This document shows positions 47,138-60,500 of a stretch of 64,000 bases of DNA, in pieces. Both the position numbers and the translations under genes were made by a program. A model generated the notes under the pieces. That model was not told the DNA's origin. It made no database searches and saw only the letters and a list, made by a program, of their open reading frames with translations. The stretch is from Nannocystis bainbridge (GTDB lineage Bacteria > Myxococcota_A > Polyangia > Nannocystales > Nannocystaceae). Within the stretch, counting starts at the first letter, position 1; the number at the start of each line of letters is the position of its first letter. The stretch spans positions 1,024,001 through 1,088,000 of the forward strand of contig NZ_JAQNDL010000003.1 in assembly GCF_028368995.1 (NCBI RefSeq), in the 5' to 3' direction.

Positions 47138-48283
47138 ATGGCGCGCCCGCTCCTCGTCGCCTGGGCGCTCGCGCTCAGCGCCTGCTTCACCGGCGGATTC
47201 CTGTCCGGCCAGCCCTGCACCGCCGACAGCGACTGCGGCCCGAGCCTGCGCTGCGAGGCCGGCGTGTGCGGCGGACCGACGGCGCAGACCAGCCCGACTT
47301 CGACCTCGACGGCGACCGCGACGCCGACCTCGACCACCACCGCGGGCGACGCGACCACCGTCGAGCCGACCTCGACTTCGACGACCACGACCACCGGCGA
47401 CACCACGCTGACGCCGCTGACGAGCAGCACGACGTCCACCACCGAGGACGAGACCACCGGCGGCGGCTGCGGGATCGGCCGGTGCAAGGACCTCGACATC
47501 CTGTTCGTCGCCGACAACTCGCCGAGCATGTTGATCAAGACCCTGATCCTGCTCGACTTCATCACCACCTTCGGCACCGAGATGATCCCCGAGCTGCGCA
47601 AGGCCTGCAGCGTGCACCTCGGGGTGATCACCACCGACGCCTACCCGCACAACCCGCCCGAGTGCCAGAAGATCGGCGCGCTGGTGTCCGCCGACAACAA
47701 CGAGAACGCCTGTGTGCTCGCCGAGGGCAAGCCCTACGCGACCATGGCCGACCTCGACATGCCGCTCACGCTCGAGTGCCTGTTCAACATCGGCTCCGAC
47801 GGCGACAACGACGAGCGCCCGGTCGACGCCCTGTTCTCGACAGTCGGCGCGCTCGACCCGTCGCTCAACCCCGGCTGTAACCAGGGCTTCTACCGCCCGG
47901 GCGCGTTCCTCACCATGGTCCTGGTGGCCGACGAGGACGACGACAACAACGACGCCCAGGGCCACGACGGCTCCGAAGAGATCTTCGAGTCGTTCTGGGC
48001 CGGTTCGCTGGCCAACCTCAAGCCGACCGGGATCGACGACCTCTACATGGTCGGCCTGCTCGGGGACCCCAAGATGGGCCAGCAAGCCTGCCCGTGGAAC
48101 CCGAGCGAGGAGCCCGACGGCTTCGGCACCGAGACCACCCCGAAGCTGCGCGGTTTCATCCAATCGCTGCCCCCGGAGCGCTACGCGCTCGGCACGCTGT
48201 GCAACGTGGTGCCGGGCGGCACCGCGTTCAAATCGCTGATGGAAGAGTTCCGCAACGAACTGCGCGTCGCCTGCGGGGCGTGA
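47138..48283 (+). CDS. Lipoprotein with Thr linker and vWA-like domain
   Basis: LSAC lipobox, CTADSDC module, DILFVADNSPSM, LVADEDD. Confidence 0.82.
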   Translation: MARPLLVAWALALSACFTGGFLSGQPCTADSDCGPSLRCEAGVCGGPTAQTSPTSTSTATATPTSTTTAGDATTVEPTSTSTTTTTGDTTLTPLTSSTTSTTEDETTGGGCGIGRCKDLDILFVADNSPSMLIKTLILLDFITTFGTEMIPELRKACSVHLGVITTDAYPHNPPECQKIGALVSADNNENACVLAEGKPYATMADLDMPLTLECLFNIGSDGDNDERPVDALFSTVGALDPSLNPGCNQGFYRPGAFLTMVLVADEDDDNNDAQGHDGSEEIFESFWAGSLANLKPTGIDDLYMVGLLGDPKMGQQACPWNPSEEPDGFGTETTPKLRGFIQSLPPERYALGTLCNVVPGGTAFKSLMEEFRNELRVACGA

Positions 48284-48309
48284 GCGGCGCGGGCTGGCGT
48301 TGCGGTATC

Positions 48310-50664
<2,355 letters not shown>

Positions 50665-50751
50665 CCGCCCATGCCTGTATCTTCCCGCCAGGTGAAGGCC
50701 GCGCCGCGTGCGGGCGACGCCGGACCGCGCGGAGGACCCGATCTCTTCGGC

Positions 50752-50821
50752 TGTCCCTTCATACATGTCGAAAGAAACATGTCTGTGAGCCCATGCCCCT
50801 CAGGGCATGTCCTCTCGAACA
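50752..50821. repeat. Five phased 14-bp TG...CA units
   Basis: TGTCCCTTCATACA TGTCGAAAGAAACA TGTCTGTGAGCCCA TGCCCCTCAGGGCA TGTCCTCTCGAACA. Confidence 0.88.
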
Positions 50822-50946
50822 CCCTCCCCCGCTCCGCCCTTCGGCCCCGGCGCCGGTGGTCGCGTCACGCGGCGTGACCGCGCCCGACCCGGGCAGCGCC
50901 GCCGACGCTCCGCCGGGTCAAGCTCGGCCGTCATGTCCGCCCCGGC

Positions 50947-53397
50947 TCAGCCCGGGCAGATCTGGAAGGCGTCGGCGCCGAGGTTGTTGCCGGGGTGGCA
51001 GTCGGCGATCTTGTCGTCGGGGTCGACGTCGACGAACACGTTGCCCGTGCCGGCGAGGTTGGCGACGCACTGGACGACCTCGCACTGGCCGGGTTGCAGC
51101 AGCATCGTCGTCGCGGCCTCGCAGACGACCGTGGCCATGCTGACGTCCTGGTCCAGGGTCATGGTCTCGAGGAAGGCGACGGTGACGCCGTCCTGGACCG
51201 CGTTGGTGCCGCGGTTGCACACCTCGGCGGTCAGCTCGATCTCGCCGGCCCCGAAGGAGCACAGCTCACCGATCTCCGCCAGCTCGACGGTGAGGTCGGC
51301 GATCTGCAGGGCGCCGACGTCGCCCTGGCTGTTCTGGCGCAGGTCGTTGAGGCCTGGCGTCTGCCAGTTGTTCTTGAACTCGCTGCGCGGCGGGACGCGG
51401 GCGTCGTCGGTGACGTGCGTGACGGAGTAGACGTGCTGGTTCCACACCGGCCGGGAGTTGGCCCAGCGGTCCATCGGATCGCGGTAGATGGCGAAGCCGG
51501 TCGAGGCCTTGAACGGGCCGCCCTCGGGGAACAGCGGGTCGGTCGCCGGGCAGCCGCCGGCCGGGGTGCGCGGGACGATGATCTCGGTGGCGAAGTCGCC
51601 GTCGACGTCGGCGATCGTCGGGTAGTCGAGGCCGGTCGCGCTCGAGGCCGGGGTGCTGAAGAGGACGGCGCCGGACTTGCCGTCGTAGACGCGGAGGTAG
51701 CACTCGTCGCGGTAGACGGCCTCGCCGTCGCCGTCGCCGTCGAAGTCGAAGATCGACGATCCCGTGGTCCTTGACGACTGGTCGTCCGAGGGCTGGGCCC
51801 ACAGGACGCCGTCGGGCAGGTCCTTGGCCACCTGCTCGGGGGCGCGTTCGCAGGTGCCGCCCGGGCGCTCGGGCGGGCTCATGCCCATGAGCGACGCCTG
51901 GCAGTCGGGGTCGTAGACGACGTACTGCTCGGCGCCGGCGGAGGCGAACTCGACCTGGCCGTCGCCGTCGAAGTCGCTGATCGTGATCGGGCCGCCCTCG
52001 TCGGGATCGTCGGCGGGGCCGGTCTTGTAGGTCTCGATCGGGCCCCAGACGACGGCGCCGTCGAGCGTCTGCACGCGGATCTGCCCCTTGTCGCCGGGCG
52101 CCGACAGGACGACGACCTCGGGCTGCTGCGCCGGATCGACGCCGGGGAGGTTCGAGTAGAGGCCGACGTCGGCGACGCCGGTGAAGCCGTTCAGTTGCAT
52201 CGGGTTGGCGACGAACCATGGCTTCTCGACCCACTCGGTGGTCACCTCGTCCCAGCCAGCGACGCTGCGCGCGGTCACGAGGTCCATCTGCCCGTCGAGG
52301 TCGACGTCGGCCGCGTACTCCATGCCGGTGGCCTCGCTCTTCAGCCAGGTGGTGAGCAGGCAGCCCTCGGCGTCGAACACCTGACGGCCGACGAGGATCT
52401 CCGGGCGGTCGTCGTCGTCGAGGTCGACGAGCAGCGGGCTGGCGAGGGTGCTGCCGCTGCTGAAGTAGAGCGCCATGTCGTTGTTGTCACAGTCGCGGCC
52501 GTACCACATGCGCTCGAGCACTGGCGCGTCGACCGTGGAGTCGATGCGCACGGCGTAGAGCCGGACCTCGTCGCCGTCGTCGTCGGAGTTGAGGTGGTAG
52601 CTGACGAGCTCGGGGTGGCCGCCCTGCGGGACATCGCCGTCGAGGTCGCCGACCGCCCAGGTGGCGGCGTAGGCCGGGCGGTTCTTGAAGTCGGGCTCGT
52701 CGACGCCGCCGAGGCGCATCTGCTCCTCGCAGGTGCGGCCGTCGAACACGCGGAGGGTGCCGAGGCGGTTGGCGTTGGCGACATGGAAGGTGGTGACGAT
52801 GATCGAGGGCTGGAGCTTGCCCGGGTCCTTGTCGAGGTTAAGGTCGGCGATCGACGGGGTGGTATAGATGCGGTTCGAGGCCGCGGTCGGGTCGTCGGCG
52901 GCGGTGCCCGTCCACTCGCACTGCAGGGTGGGGGTGACGCCCTCGGGGATCGGGGGCTTGGTGCAGTCGGGGTCGTTGATGACGGAGGGGGGGACGTCGT
53001 AGGGGATGCACACGCCGTCGGCGTCGCAGTAGGAGTCGCCGGGGCAATCGTCGTGGGTGAGGCAAGGACCGAGGTCGGGGATGCAGGTCTCGTACTTGCA
53101 GATGAAGTTGTCGGGGCAGCCGCCGCAGGCGGGGTCACCCGTGGTCTCGACCGTGGTCGCGGTCGGGTCCGTCGAGGTGCCGGTCGGCGGATCGACGGGC
53201 TCGGTCGTGCCGGTGTCGGGCTGAGACGTGCCGGTGGTCAGGGGCAGCGCGGTCGTGCTGCCCGGGCTCCCGGTCGGGTCGCTGGCCGTGGGATCGCCAT
53301 CGGTGCTGGAACCCGCCGAGGTGCTGCCTTCGTCGCCGCATCCGGCCGCCCACGTCACCGCACCCACCAAAACCCACGGACTCCAATGCATTCGCAT
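50947..53397 (-). CDS. FG-GAP-repeat lipoprotein with C-terminal CARDB-like domain
   Basis: AGC lipobox, DFDGDG repeats, WNQHVYSVTHV, ADL...VCNRG...DC..GNN. Confidence 0.85.
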   Translation of the reverse strand: MRMHWSPWVLVGAVTWAAGCGDEGSTSAGSSTDGDPTASDPTGSPGSTTALPLTTGTSQPDTGTTEPVDPPTGTSTDPTATTVETTGDPACGGCPDNFICKYETCIPDLGPCLTHDDCPGDSYCDADGVCIPYDVPPSVINDPDCTKPPIPEGVTPTLQCEWTGTAADDPTAASNRIYTTPSIADLNLDKDPGKLQPSIIVTTFHVANANRLGTLRVFDGRTCEEQMRLGGVDEPDFKNRPAYAATWAVGDLDGDVPQGGHPELVSYHLNSDDDGDEVRLYAVRIDSTVDAPVLERMWYGRDCDNNDMALYFSSGSTLASPLLVDLDDDDRPEILVGRQVFDAEGCLLTTWLKSEATGMEYAADVDLDGQMDLVTARSVAGWDEVTTEWVEKPWFVANPMQLNGFTGVADVGLYSNLPGVDPAQQPEVVVLSAPGDKGQIRVQTLDGAVVWGPIETYKTGPADDPDEGGPITISDFDGDGQVEFASAGAEQYVVYDPDCQASLMGMSPPERPGGTCERAPEQVAKDLPDGVLWAQPSDDQSSRTTGSSIFDFDGDGDGEAVYRDECYLRVYDGKSGAVLFSTPASSATGLDYPTIADVDGDFATEIIVPRTPAGGCPATDPLFPEGGPFKASTGFAIYRDPMDRWANSRPVWNQHVYSVTHVTDDARVPPRSEFKNNWQTPGLNDLRQNSQGDVGALQIADLTVELAEIGELCSFGAGEIELTAEVCNRGTNAVQDGVTVAFLETMTLDQDVSMATVVCEAATTMLLQPGQCEVVQCVANLAGTGNVFVDVDPDDKIADCHPGNNLGADAFQICPG

Positions 53398-53609
53398 CGG
53401 TGCATCGTCGACAACGAGGCGGGCGACGTCAAGCCGCGACCCCGCGCGTGCGCGGTCGTCTGGCCCGAGGGACAGGTGATGAAGAATCGTGGACGGGCGC
53501 CGGGGGACGGAGGCCTCGGTCGCCCTCGACGCGCCGCGTGCACCCGCGAGCGAGCAGCGCTCGCATGCGGCGACTCCCCGCGAACGCGGACATGGCGGAG
53601 GCGCGCACC

Positions 53610-53623
53610 TGTCCCGGGGGACA
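53610..53623. repeat. Perfect 14-bp palindrome TGTCCCGGGGGACA
   Basis: 10 nt downstream of the tssA stop. A degenerate unit also lies at 53461-53474. Confidence 0.8.
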
Positions 53624-53633
53624 GCGAGCGCGT

Positions 53634-56060
53634 TCAGCTCTTCGGCACCAGCGCCGCCGCGCGGACCGGGTCGAGGCCGGCGAGGCGGGCCAGCGCCGCG
53701 TCGACGATCGCCTTCTCGGCCGGCTGGGCCTTCGGCGCGCTGCGGACGTGGCCCTCGAGGCAGCGGGCCGCCAGCTCCGGCTCCCACGTCTCGAGCTGTT
53801 GCCCGTCGATCTCCGCGACCAGCCCGGCGAACAGCGAGCGGGCCAGGCCCATCTCGCCGCCGTCGAGGCACGCCTCGGCCAGCTCGACGCGGCGGAGGAA
53901 GCGGGACCGGCCGCCGGCCGCCGACTGCACACGCGCGGCTCCGAGGCGCAGGCCCTCCTCGCGCTTGCCGCGGAGCAGGCCCTTGATCTGCGCGATCGCG
54001 GCGTCGTCGATCCCGCTGGCCACCGGCGCCGCGATCACGATCTGCGCCGGCCCGCCCGCGGCCACGGCCACCGGCGCACCGCCACCACCACCGCCACCGC
54101 CGCCGCCGCCGCCGCCGAGCGCCTCGCGCTCGAGCAGCGTCCGGGTCGCGTCGTTGCACAGCGGCGCGCCCGAGTTGTCCTTCAGGTCGAAGATCTTCGG
54201 CAGCCGCGTCAGCAGGGCGCCGACCTCGGCCAGCAGGCCGCGCAGCGCCGGGTCGTGATCGGCCCCGAGGTTCTTCAGCGCCTCGACGCTGTAGCGGTGC
54301 AGGTCGAGCGTGAAGCGGTTCATCGGCAGCAGCGACTCGCTGTGCTCGACCAGCTCGGCCCACTTGCCGGCGTTCATCAGCGCCTCGAGGCGGTTGCGTT
54401 CGCCCTCGGGCAGGCCGTTGATCGCCGTGTTGCCGTCGGGCCGCGTCGGCGGCGGCGCGGCGATGTAGATCCACAGGCCCGAGCGCAGCAGCCGGTAGGC
54501 CAGCGCGTCGCTGGTCTTGGCCCGCCGCAGCGCGTGCCCCAGCTTGACCAGCTCCTCGCCGGTGTTGCGCAGGAACCGGTCGACCGCGGCCAGGTCGGCC
54601 GTCGGCGCGGCGGCCACCGTCTTGGGCGGCTCGATTACCGGCGCCGGCTTGGCCGGGCTGGCCTGAGGGACAGGTGGCGGCGCCTGCTGCTGCTGTTGCT
54701 GCTGTTGCGGCGGCGGCGGCGGCGGGGCCTCGACCTTCGGCGGCGGCGGCGGTGGCGGCGGCGCGGCCGGCTTGGGCGGCTCGGGCGCGGGGATCGTCAG
54801 CAGCAGCTGGTCGATCGACTGCAGCATCAGCCGCAGGTTGGGCGCCTGGTCGGCGTAGCGGGCCCGCGTCACCTGCTGCAGCCGCGTCGCGCTGTCCTTG
54901 AGCTGCTCGATCGCCGCGCGCTCGCTCGGCTTCGGCTGCCACGCCGCCAGCTCCGGCTCGATCTGGTCGAGCACCCCGCGCAGCGCCCCCGCGCGGCCGC
55001 GCAGGCGGGCCGCCGGCGGGAACGCGGTGTCCCAGAACGTGTCCGCGACCTCGGCGACGATCGCCAGGCCGAGCGCGAGGCCGGCGATGCCGCGCGTCTT
55101 GAAGCGCGCCAGCGCCTGGTGGCACACGACCCGCAGGTCCTTGGCCTGGGTCTTCAGCACCGTGTCGGCGTCGCGCACGATCGCCGCCCAGTCGATCGCG
55201 CCGCCGGTCGGCGACTGCAGCTTGTCGACCTCGGCCAGCAGGGTCTGGTACTCGGGCGACTCGGTCGGGTCGCGCCCGGCCGGGTTCGGGCCGACGATCG
55301 GCACCAGCCACGGGCCGGCGATGTCCTTCGGGGTCGGCTTCGGCGGCGGCTCGGGCGGCGCGGCCACCGGCGGCGGCGCGGCGGCCTCGGGGGCCTGGGC
55401 GGGCGGCGGGGCCGCGGGCGCGGCGGATGGCTGTTGGGACATGTCCGACGGGACCTGTCCCGAAGACTCTTCGGGCTGCGCCTCGGCCTTGGGCTCGGGC
55501 GGCAGGGTCGCCTGGATGCTGTCGAGGAGGTCGGTCCACTCCTTGAAGGAGGGCACGTGGTCGCCGAGCTTCTCGCGGGCGCGGCCGCGGAGCTGCTTGC
55601 TGGCGGTGACGAGGGCGGTGATCGCCGCGCGGTCGGACACCTGCGGCGTGTAGCTCTGCAGCCCGGCGGCGGCGTGCTCGAGCAGCCACTTGAGCGCGGT
55701 GCCGCGGCCCTTGAGGCGGGCGACCGGCGGGTACATCGTGTCCCAGAAGCGGTCGAACAGGCCGTCGACGACGAGGACGGCGACGGCGAGGCCGTGGATC
55801 CCGCGGGTCTTCTGCAGGGCGAAGCCGAAGTAGGCGGCGACGAGCAGGTCCTTGGCGACCTTGCCGAGGATCTCGCGGCCGAGGCTCTCGACGCGCGGCC
55901 AGCCGACGGCCTCGCCGATCGGCGAGTTCTCCTTGTCGACCTCGAGCCGCAGCTCCTGGTAGCGCTCGTCGGTGTTGGGGTTCTTGCCGCCCGGCTCGGC
56001 GGCGGAGATCGGCGCGAGCAGAGCCTCGGCCTCCTTGATGAACACCTCGGCGATCGCCAC
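53634..56060 (-). CDS. tssA: T6SS TssA with two ImpA_N domains and VasJ-like C-terminus
   Basis: Two copies of L.PI...P.G.....Y..L..EVDK......W......L....KDL. C-terminal AYRLLRSGLW, LDLHR, WEPELA. Confidence 0.85.
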   Translation of the reverse strand: MAIAEVFIKEAEALLAPISAAEPGGKNPNTDERYQELRLEVDKENSPIGEAVGWPRVESLGREILGKVAKDLLVAAYFGFALQKTRGIHGLAVAVLVVDGLFDRFWDTMYPPVARLKGRGTALKWLLEHAAAGLQSYTPQVSDRAAITALVTASKQLRGRAREKLGDHVPSFKEWTDLLDSIQATLPPEPKAEAQPEESSGQVPSDMSQQPSAAPAAPPPAQAPEAAAPPPVAAPPEPPPKPTPKDIAGPWLVPIVGPNPAGRDPTESPEYQTLLAEVDKLQSPTGGAIDWAAIVRDADTVLKTQAKDLRVVCHQALARFKTRGIAGLALGLAIVAEVADTFWDTAFPPAARLRGRAGALRGVLDQIEPELAAWQPKPSERAAIEQLKDSATRLQQVTRARYADQAPNLRLMLQSIDQLLLTIPAPEPPKPAAPPPPPPPPKVEAPPPPPPQQQQQQQQAPPPVPQASPAKPAPVIEPPKTVAAAPTADLAAVDRFLRNTGEELVKLGHALRRAKTSDALAYRLLRSGLWIYIAAPPPTRPDGNTAINGLPEGERNRLEALMNAGKWAELVEHSESLLPMNRFTLDLHRYSVEALKNLGADHDPALRGLLAEVGALLTRLPKIFDLKDNSGAPLCNDATRTLLEREALGGGGGGGGGGGGGAPVAVAAGGPAQIVIAAPVASGIDDAAIAQIKGLLRGKREEGLRLGAARVQSAAGGRSRFLRRVELAEACLDGGEMGLARSLFAGLVAEIDGQQLETWEPELAARCLEGHVRSAPKAQPAEKAIVDAALARLAGLDPVRAAALVPKS

Positions 56061-56083
56061 GGCTACCTCCTATTCCCCTCGGC

Positions 56084-57526
56084 TCACTCGCGCGAGCCCT
56101 GGTTCTTCTCGAGCCGACCGAGCAGCGACAGCGTGAACGAGGCGCTGTTGTGCGTGAGGTGCGGCTGCAGCAGCAGCTGACAGCGGTACCACCCGGTCTG
56201 ACCCTCGACCGCTTCGACCTTGATCGAGGCCTTGCGCAGCGGCTTGCGGGCCCGCGTCTCCCAGTGCGGGTTCTCGACGTCGGACACGAAGCCGCGGAGC
56301 CAGTCGGTCAGCTCCTTCTGCAAGGTCTGGCGGCTGTCCCACTGGCCGAGCCGCTCGCTCTGCACGCGCTTGATGTAGTGCGACAGCCGGCACACCAGGA
56401 ACATGTAAGGCAACTGGGCGCCGAGCCGCTCCGACGCCTGGGCCGCGCGGCCCTCCTCGGTGTCGGCGTAGCGGCGCGGCTTCTGGCTCGACGAGGCCGA
56501 GTGGATCATCGCCCCGCCCGAGGCGCGGTCGTAGACGAGGGCGATGAAGCCCTCTTCGCTGAGCATGTGCTCGATGCGGCTGGTGATCAGGCACTCGAAC
56601 GGGCAGCGCGGCGCCAGCCCGGGCATCGACTGGAACCCGATCTGCGTCAGCCCCTCGATCATCCCGCCGGCGCGCGAGCCGATGATGTACACGCACCAGC
56701 GCGTGCGCGCGAAGCTGTCGATCGCCCGCACCGCGAACGCGAACGAGGCCCGGCCCCACAGGTAGTGGTCGTGGTCGTCCTCGACCCGCTCGCGGTAGCG
56801 CAGCTCCATGAACGGGTCGCCGTCGACGCGGTACGGCAGGCGCAGCAGGAACCGCGGCAGGCACAGGCCGACGTAGCGCGCGTCCTCGGTGTCGCGGAAG
56901 GCGTGCCACAGCCGGTAGCGCGGGCCGCCGAGGATCGCCCGCAGGTCGCGGACGCGTGGCATCTGGTCGAGGCACTCGAGGCCGAAGAACCCGGCCGCGG
57001 CGTTGGCGATGAACGGCGAGTGGGCCATCGCCGCGACCGCGGCGCACTGACGCAGCAGCCCGAGGTCCTCGGCGCCGGGGCCGAAGTCGTAGTCGGCCGA
57101 GATGAGCCCGTACGGCTTGCCGCCGAAGGTCGCGTAGGCGCTCGAGTACACCAGCCGGTACAGCCCCGACTGCGGGATCTCCGGCGCGTCGGCGAAGTCG
57201 TCCGCCAGCTCCTGCTTCGTCACGCTCACCAGCTCGATGAACGTGTTGTCGCCCTCGCGCACGTGCTCGACCACGAACCGCAGCCCGCGCCACGCCGACT
57301 CGAGCGCCTGCACCTTCGGGTGGTGCAGGATCAGGTCGAGCTGGCGGGACAGCCGGCGATCGAGCTCGCCGATCATGCTGTCGACGTGGACGGCGTCGAC
57401 CAGCTCCGGCTGGCGCCAGGCGGCCGCGCGGGCCAGCCCGGCGAGCACCGTCTTCAAGCCCTGGCGGACCCGCGGGCGCTGGCTCTCGGGCACGCTGTCC
57501 AGCAGTCCTTCGAGCACGGTGGCCAC
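56084..57526 (-). CDS. tssC: T6SS contractile sheath large subunit (TssC/VipB family)
   Basis: LSRQLDLILHHPKVQALESAWRGL, FGGKPYG, AAMAHSPFI, RYVGLCLPRFLLRLPY, QLPYMFLVCRLSHYIK. Confidence 0.9.
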   Translation of the reverse strand: MATVLEGLLDSVPESQRPRVRQGLKTVLAGLARAAAWRQPELVDAVHVDSMIGELDRRLSRQLDLILHHPKVQALESAWRGLRFVVEHVREGDNTFIELVSVTKQELADDFADAPEIPQSGLYRLVYSSAYATFGGKPYGLISADYDFGPGAEDLGLLRQCAAVAAMAHSPFIANAAAGFFGLECLDQMPRVRDLRAILGGPRYRLWHAFRDTEDARYVGLCLPRFLLRLPYRVDGDPFMELRYRERVEDDHDHYLWGRASFAFAVRAIDSFARTRWCVYIIGSRAGGMIEGLTQIGFQSMPGLAPRCPFECLITSRIEHMLSEEGFIALVYDRASGGAMIHSASSSQKPRRYADTEEGRAAQASERLGAQLPYMFLVCRLSHYIKRVQSERLGQWDSRQTLQKELTDWLRGFVSDVENPHWETRARKPLRKASIKVEAVEGQTGWYRCQLLLQPHLTHNSASFTLSLLGRLEKNQGSRE

Positions 57527-57528
57527 GG

Positions 57529-60500
57529 TCAGCTGCCTCCGCAGGGGGTCATGTTGGTGAACAGCCGCTTGGGCGGCAGCACGTCGGCGGCGCGGACCAG
57601 CGACAGGAACTGCTTGTTCCCGTTCGGCAGGCCGAAGAACGCGGTGCCGCCGCGGACCCGGCGCGGCCGCACGCGCACGTCGAGCTGGCCGAGGTTGTAC
57701 GACGTCATGTCGAAGCGGAAGCCGATGACCTCGTCGCCCTTGAACTCGGGCACGGTCGACGGCGGCTTCTCGAGCAGCTCGAACAGGCCCCACTCGCCGG
57801 ACATCGCCAGCACCTTGTTGGTCTGGCGGCCGTAGGCCTTGAGCGACGCGCCGTGCTCCTCCTTGCCGGGCCAGCGCAAGAGCGTCGGCTTCTCGTTGCC
57901 GCACGCGAACTCGATCTTCTTGCCCTCGACGGTGACCTCGACCTTGCTGACCTGCGGGTTGCAGGCCAGGATCATCTCGAAGTCGACGCGCAGCTCCTCG
58001 TTCTGGAAGAACACCGTGCCGATGTCCTGGGCCCGGTTGAGGAACCGGATCACGCCGGCGTCGAGCTTGGGCCCGTCGTTGCGGCCGCGGTCGCGCAGCT
58101 CGACGGTGTTGCCCTCGAGCACGACGTAGCCGGACAGCAGCTCCTCGCGGGCCTTGCGGATGAAGCCGTTCTCCGGGTGGAAGAACTCCTCGAAGTCGGC
58201 CACGGCCGCGTCGCTGCGCGAGTCGGCGGCGAACGGGTAGCGGCCGTTGAAGCGCTCGTACATCGGGTCGACGATGCGCGCGCACCAGTCGGCCACCGCG
58301 CCGGTGCCCTGGTCGCGGACCAGCATGCGCAGCAGCTCCTCGAGCGGCGTGACCAGCAGCTTGGTCGTGCCCGCGGTCCAGGTGTCGAGCTCGGCGTCCT
58401 GCACCAGCGACTTGGTGAAGTCGATCGCGCCGCGCAGCTGCTCGACCAGCGCCTTCTCCTCTTCCTTGTTCTCGAGCGCCTTGCCGATCGCGTCGCGCAG
58501 CTCCTTGAGCCGACCGTGGTACTGGTCGAGCCCCGCCATGCCCTCCTTGCCCTCGGGCGCGACGGCGAAGAGCACCAGGCGCGCGAACTCCCGCCGCACC
58601 GCGTCGGCCTTGACCAGCCCGCCGGTGTTCTTGTCCTTGTCCTTGCTCAGCAGGGCCAGCAGCGACTTGTTGTCGCCGTAGTCGTAGTCGTCGACGATCT
58701 CCGAGTGGCGCTTGAGCTCCGCGAACACCCGCCACAGCGGCAGGCGCGGGCCCTTGACCAGCTCGCCCATCAGCCGCTTGCCCTCGTCGAGGCTGGTCGG
58801 CGGGGCGATCCGCGTGCGCTGGATGAAGCGGCGCCACTCCTCCATGTACATCTTGAAGTACTCGGTCCGCATCTCCGCGCCGCGTCGGCGCTGGCGCTGG
58901 CTGGCCTGGGCCTGGTCGAGCCCGAGCACCCACGAGTCGGCCTCGAGCGCGCTCGCCAGCTCGCGCTTGACGTAGGCCCAGCCCTCGATCGTGAACGCCG
59001 GCCGCACCTCGGTGCCGTCGTTCTCGAGGTCCGGCAGGCCGGTCAGCGTGCGCAGGTTGATCTTGGCCAGCTCCTGGATGCCGTTGACCTCGTCGACGAT
59101 CTTGTCGACCTCGGCCCGCACCGAGTCCTCGCGCTTGAGGATCTCCTGCACCTGCTCGATGAGCAGCGGGTCGCGCGGCAGGTTGAAGTCGCTGTCCTGG
59201 GCGAGGTCGATGTACTTGTCGACCGCCCGCTCGATCGCGCCGTACTCGGCGGTCCCGGTCTGCGTGCGCGCGCTGCCCGACCAGCGGATCCGCAGCGTCT
59301 CGCGCAGGAACTTCGACTCGCCGCTGATCGGCTGCATCTCGTAGTTCTTCTTGTCGCCGGTGACGAGCAGGTAGAACCGCAGCGACAGCCGGTTGCGCAC
59401 CCGATCCTCGATGTCGGGGATCAGCTCCGGCGACTCGAAGCGGGCCGCGAAGTCACGCAGCTCGGCCTCGGCCTTGTCGCGCAGCGTCGACGTCACGCCG
59501 GCGAACATCGCGTCCTTGTAGAAGCCGCGCAGCGGCGGCACGACCTCGTCGCGGAACAGGCCCCACTCGCGCACGTGGTCGACGTCGCCGCCGCCCTCGT
59601 CCTCCCAGCGGGCCAGCAGCTCGCGCAGCGGCACGATCTTGCCGCTCTCGACCGGGACGCGGCGGCGCCCGCCGAGCTCGGCCGAGGCGACCGCGCTGGC
59701 GTCGGCGGTCTGCTGGTTGAGGTCGCGGTTGCGTCCGGCCGCGCCGGCCGCGTCGAGCGCGATGTAGAGGCCGACCAGCCCGAGCGACGCGCCGACGACG
59801 ACGCGCTTGACCGTCGACCGCTGCAGCGAGCGCGAGGTCCGGCGGGCCAGGCCGCCGGCCCGCAGCACGTGGGTGCCGATCAGCTCCTCGGTGAAGATGC
59901 GCTTGCTCGGGACCGGGTCGGCCGCGGCAGGCGTGAAGCTGCCGCGGGTCTTTCGGGCCAGGTTCTCGAGCACCGCGTCGACGACCGGCTCGCCGTCTTG
60001 CATCGCGCTGGTGAGGAACACGCCGCGCAGGCGCACCGGGTCGCCGCCGCGGGCCGCGAGCAGGCGCTGGGCGATGGCGGCGAGCGGCTCCTGCATGCCG
60101 GCGATCTGCTGCACGAGCGTGTAGATCCGGCCCTGCCGCGGCGGATCGGGCTCGCGGAAGCGGCTGAGCAGGCGCAGCGCGCGGCGGTCGAGCCAGCCGG
60201 CCAGCGCGTCGAAGCGCGAGCGCAGCTCCTTGACCGCGAGCTCCTCGCTGCGGCCGTCGGGCAGCTCGAAGCCCAGCGGCGAGGTCAGCGTCTCGAACGC
60301 GCCGAGCACGTCGCCGAAGCCCGACAGGCGATCGAGGCGGGTCACGACCAGGAACACCGGCGCGTGGACCTGCAGGCTCGTCACCAGGTCGGAGACCTCG
60401 GCGGCCAGCAGGTCGCCGATCTCGCCGGCGCGGGCGATCGGGTCGGACGCGGAGACGAGGTCGTCGGCGGCGACGCACACGACGATCGCGTGCAGCGGCT

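Noticed and set aside
50947-53397. FG-GAP/CARDB gene as a T6SS effector
   Set aside because: It has a Sec lipoprotein signal and no PAAR, RHS, MIX or toxin motif, and is separated from tssA by 236 bp.
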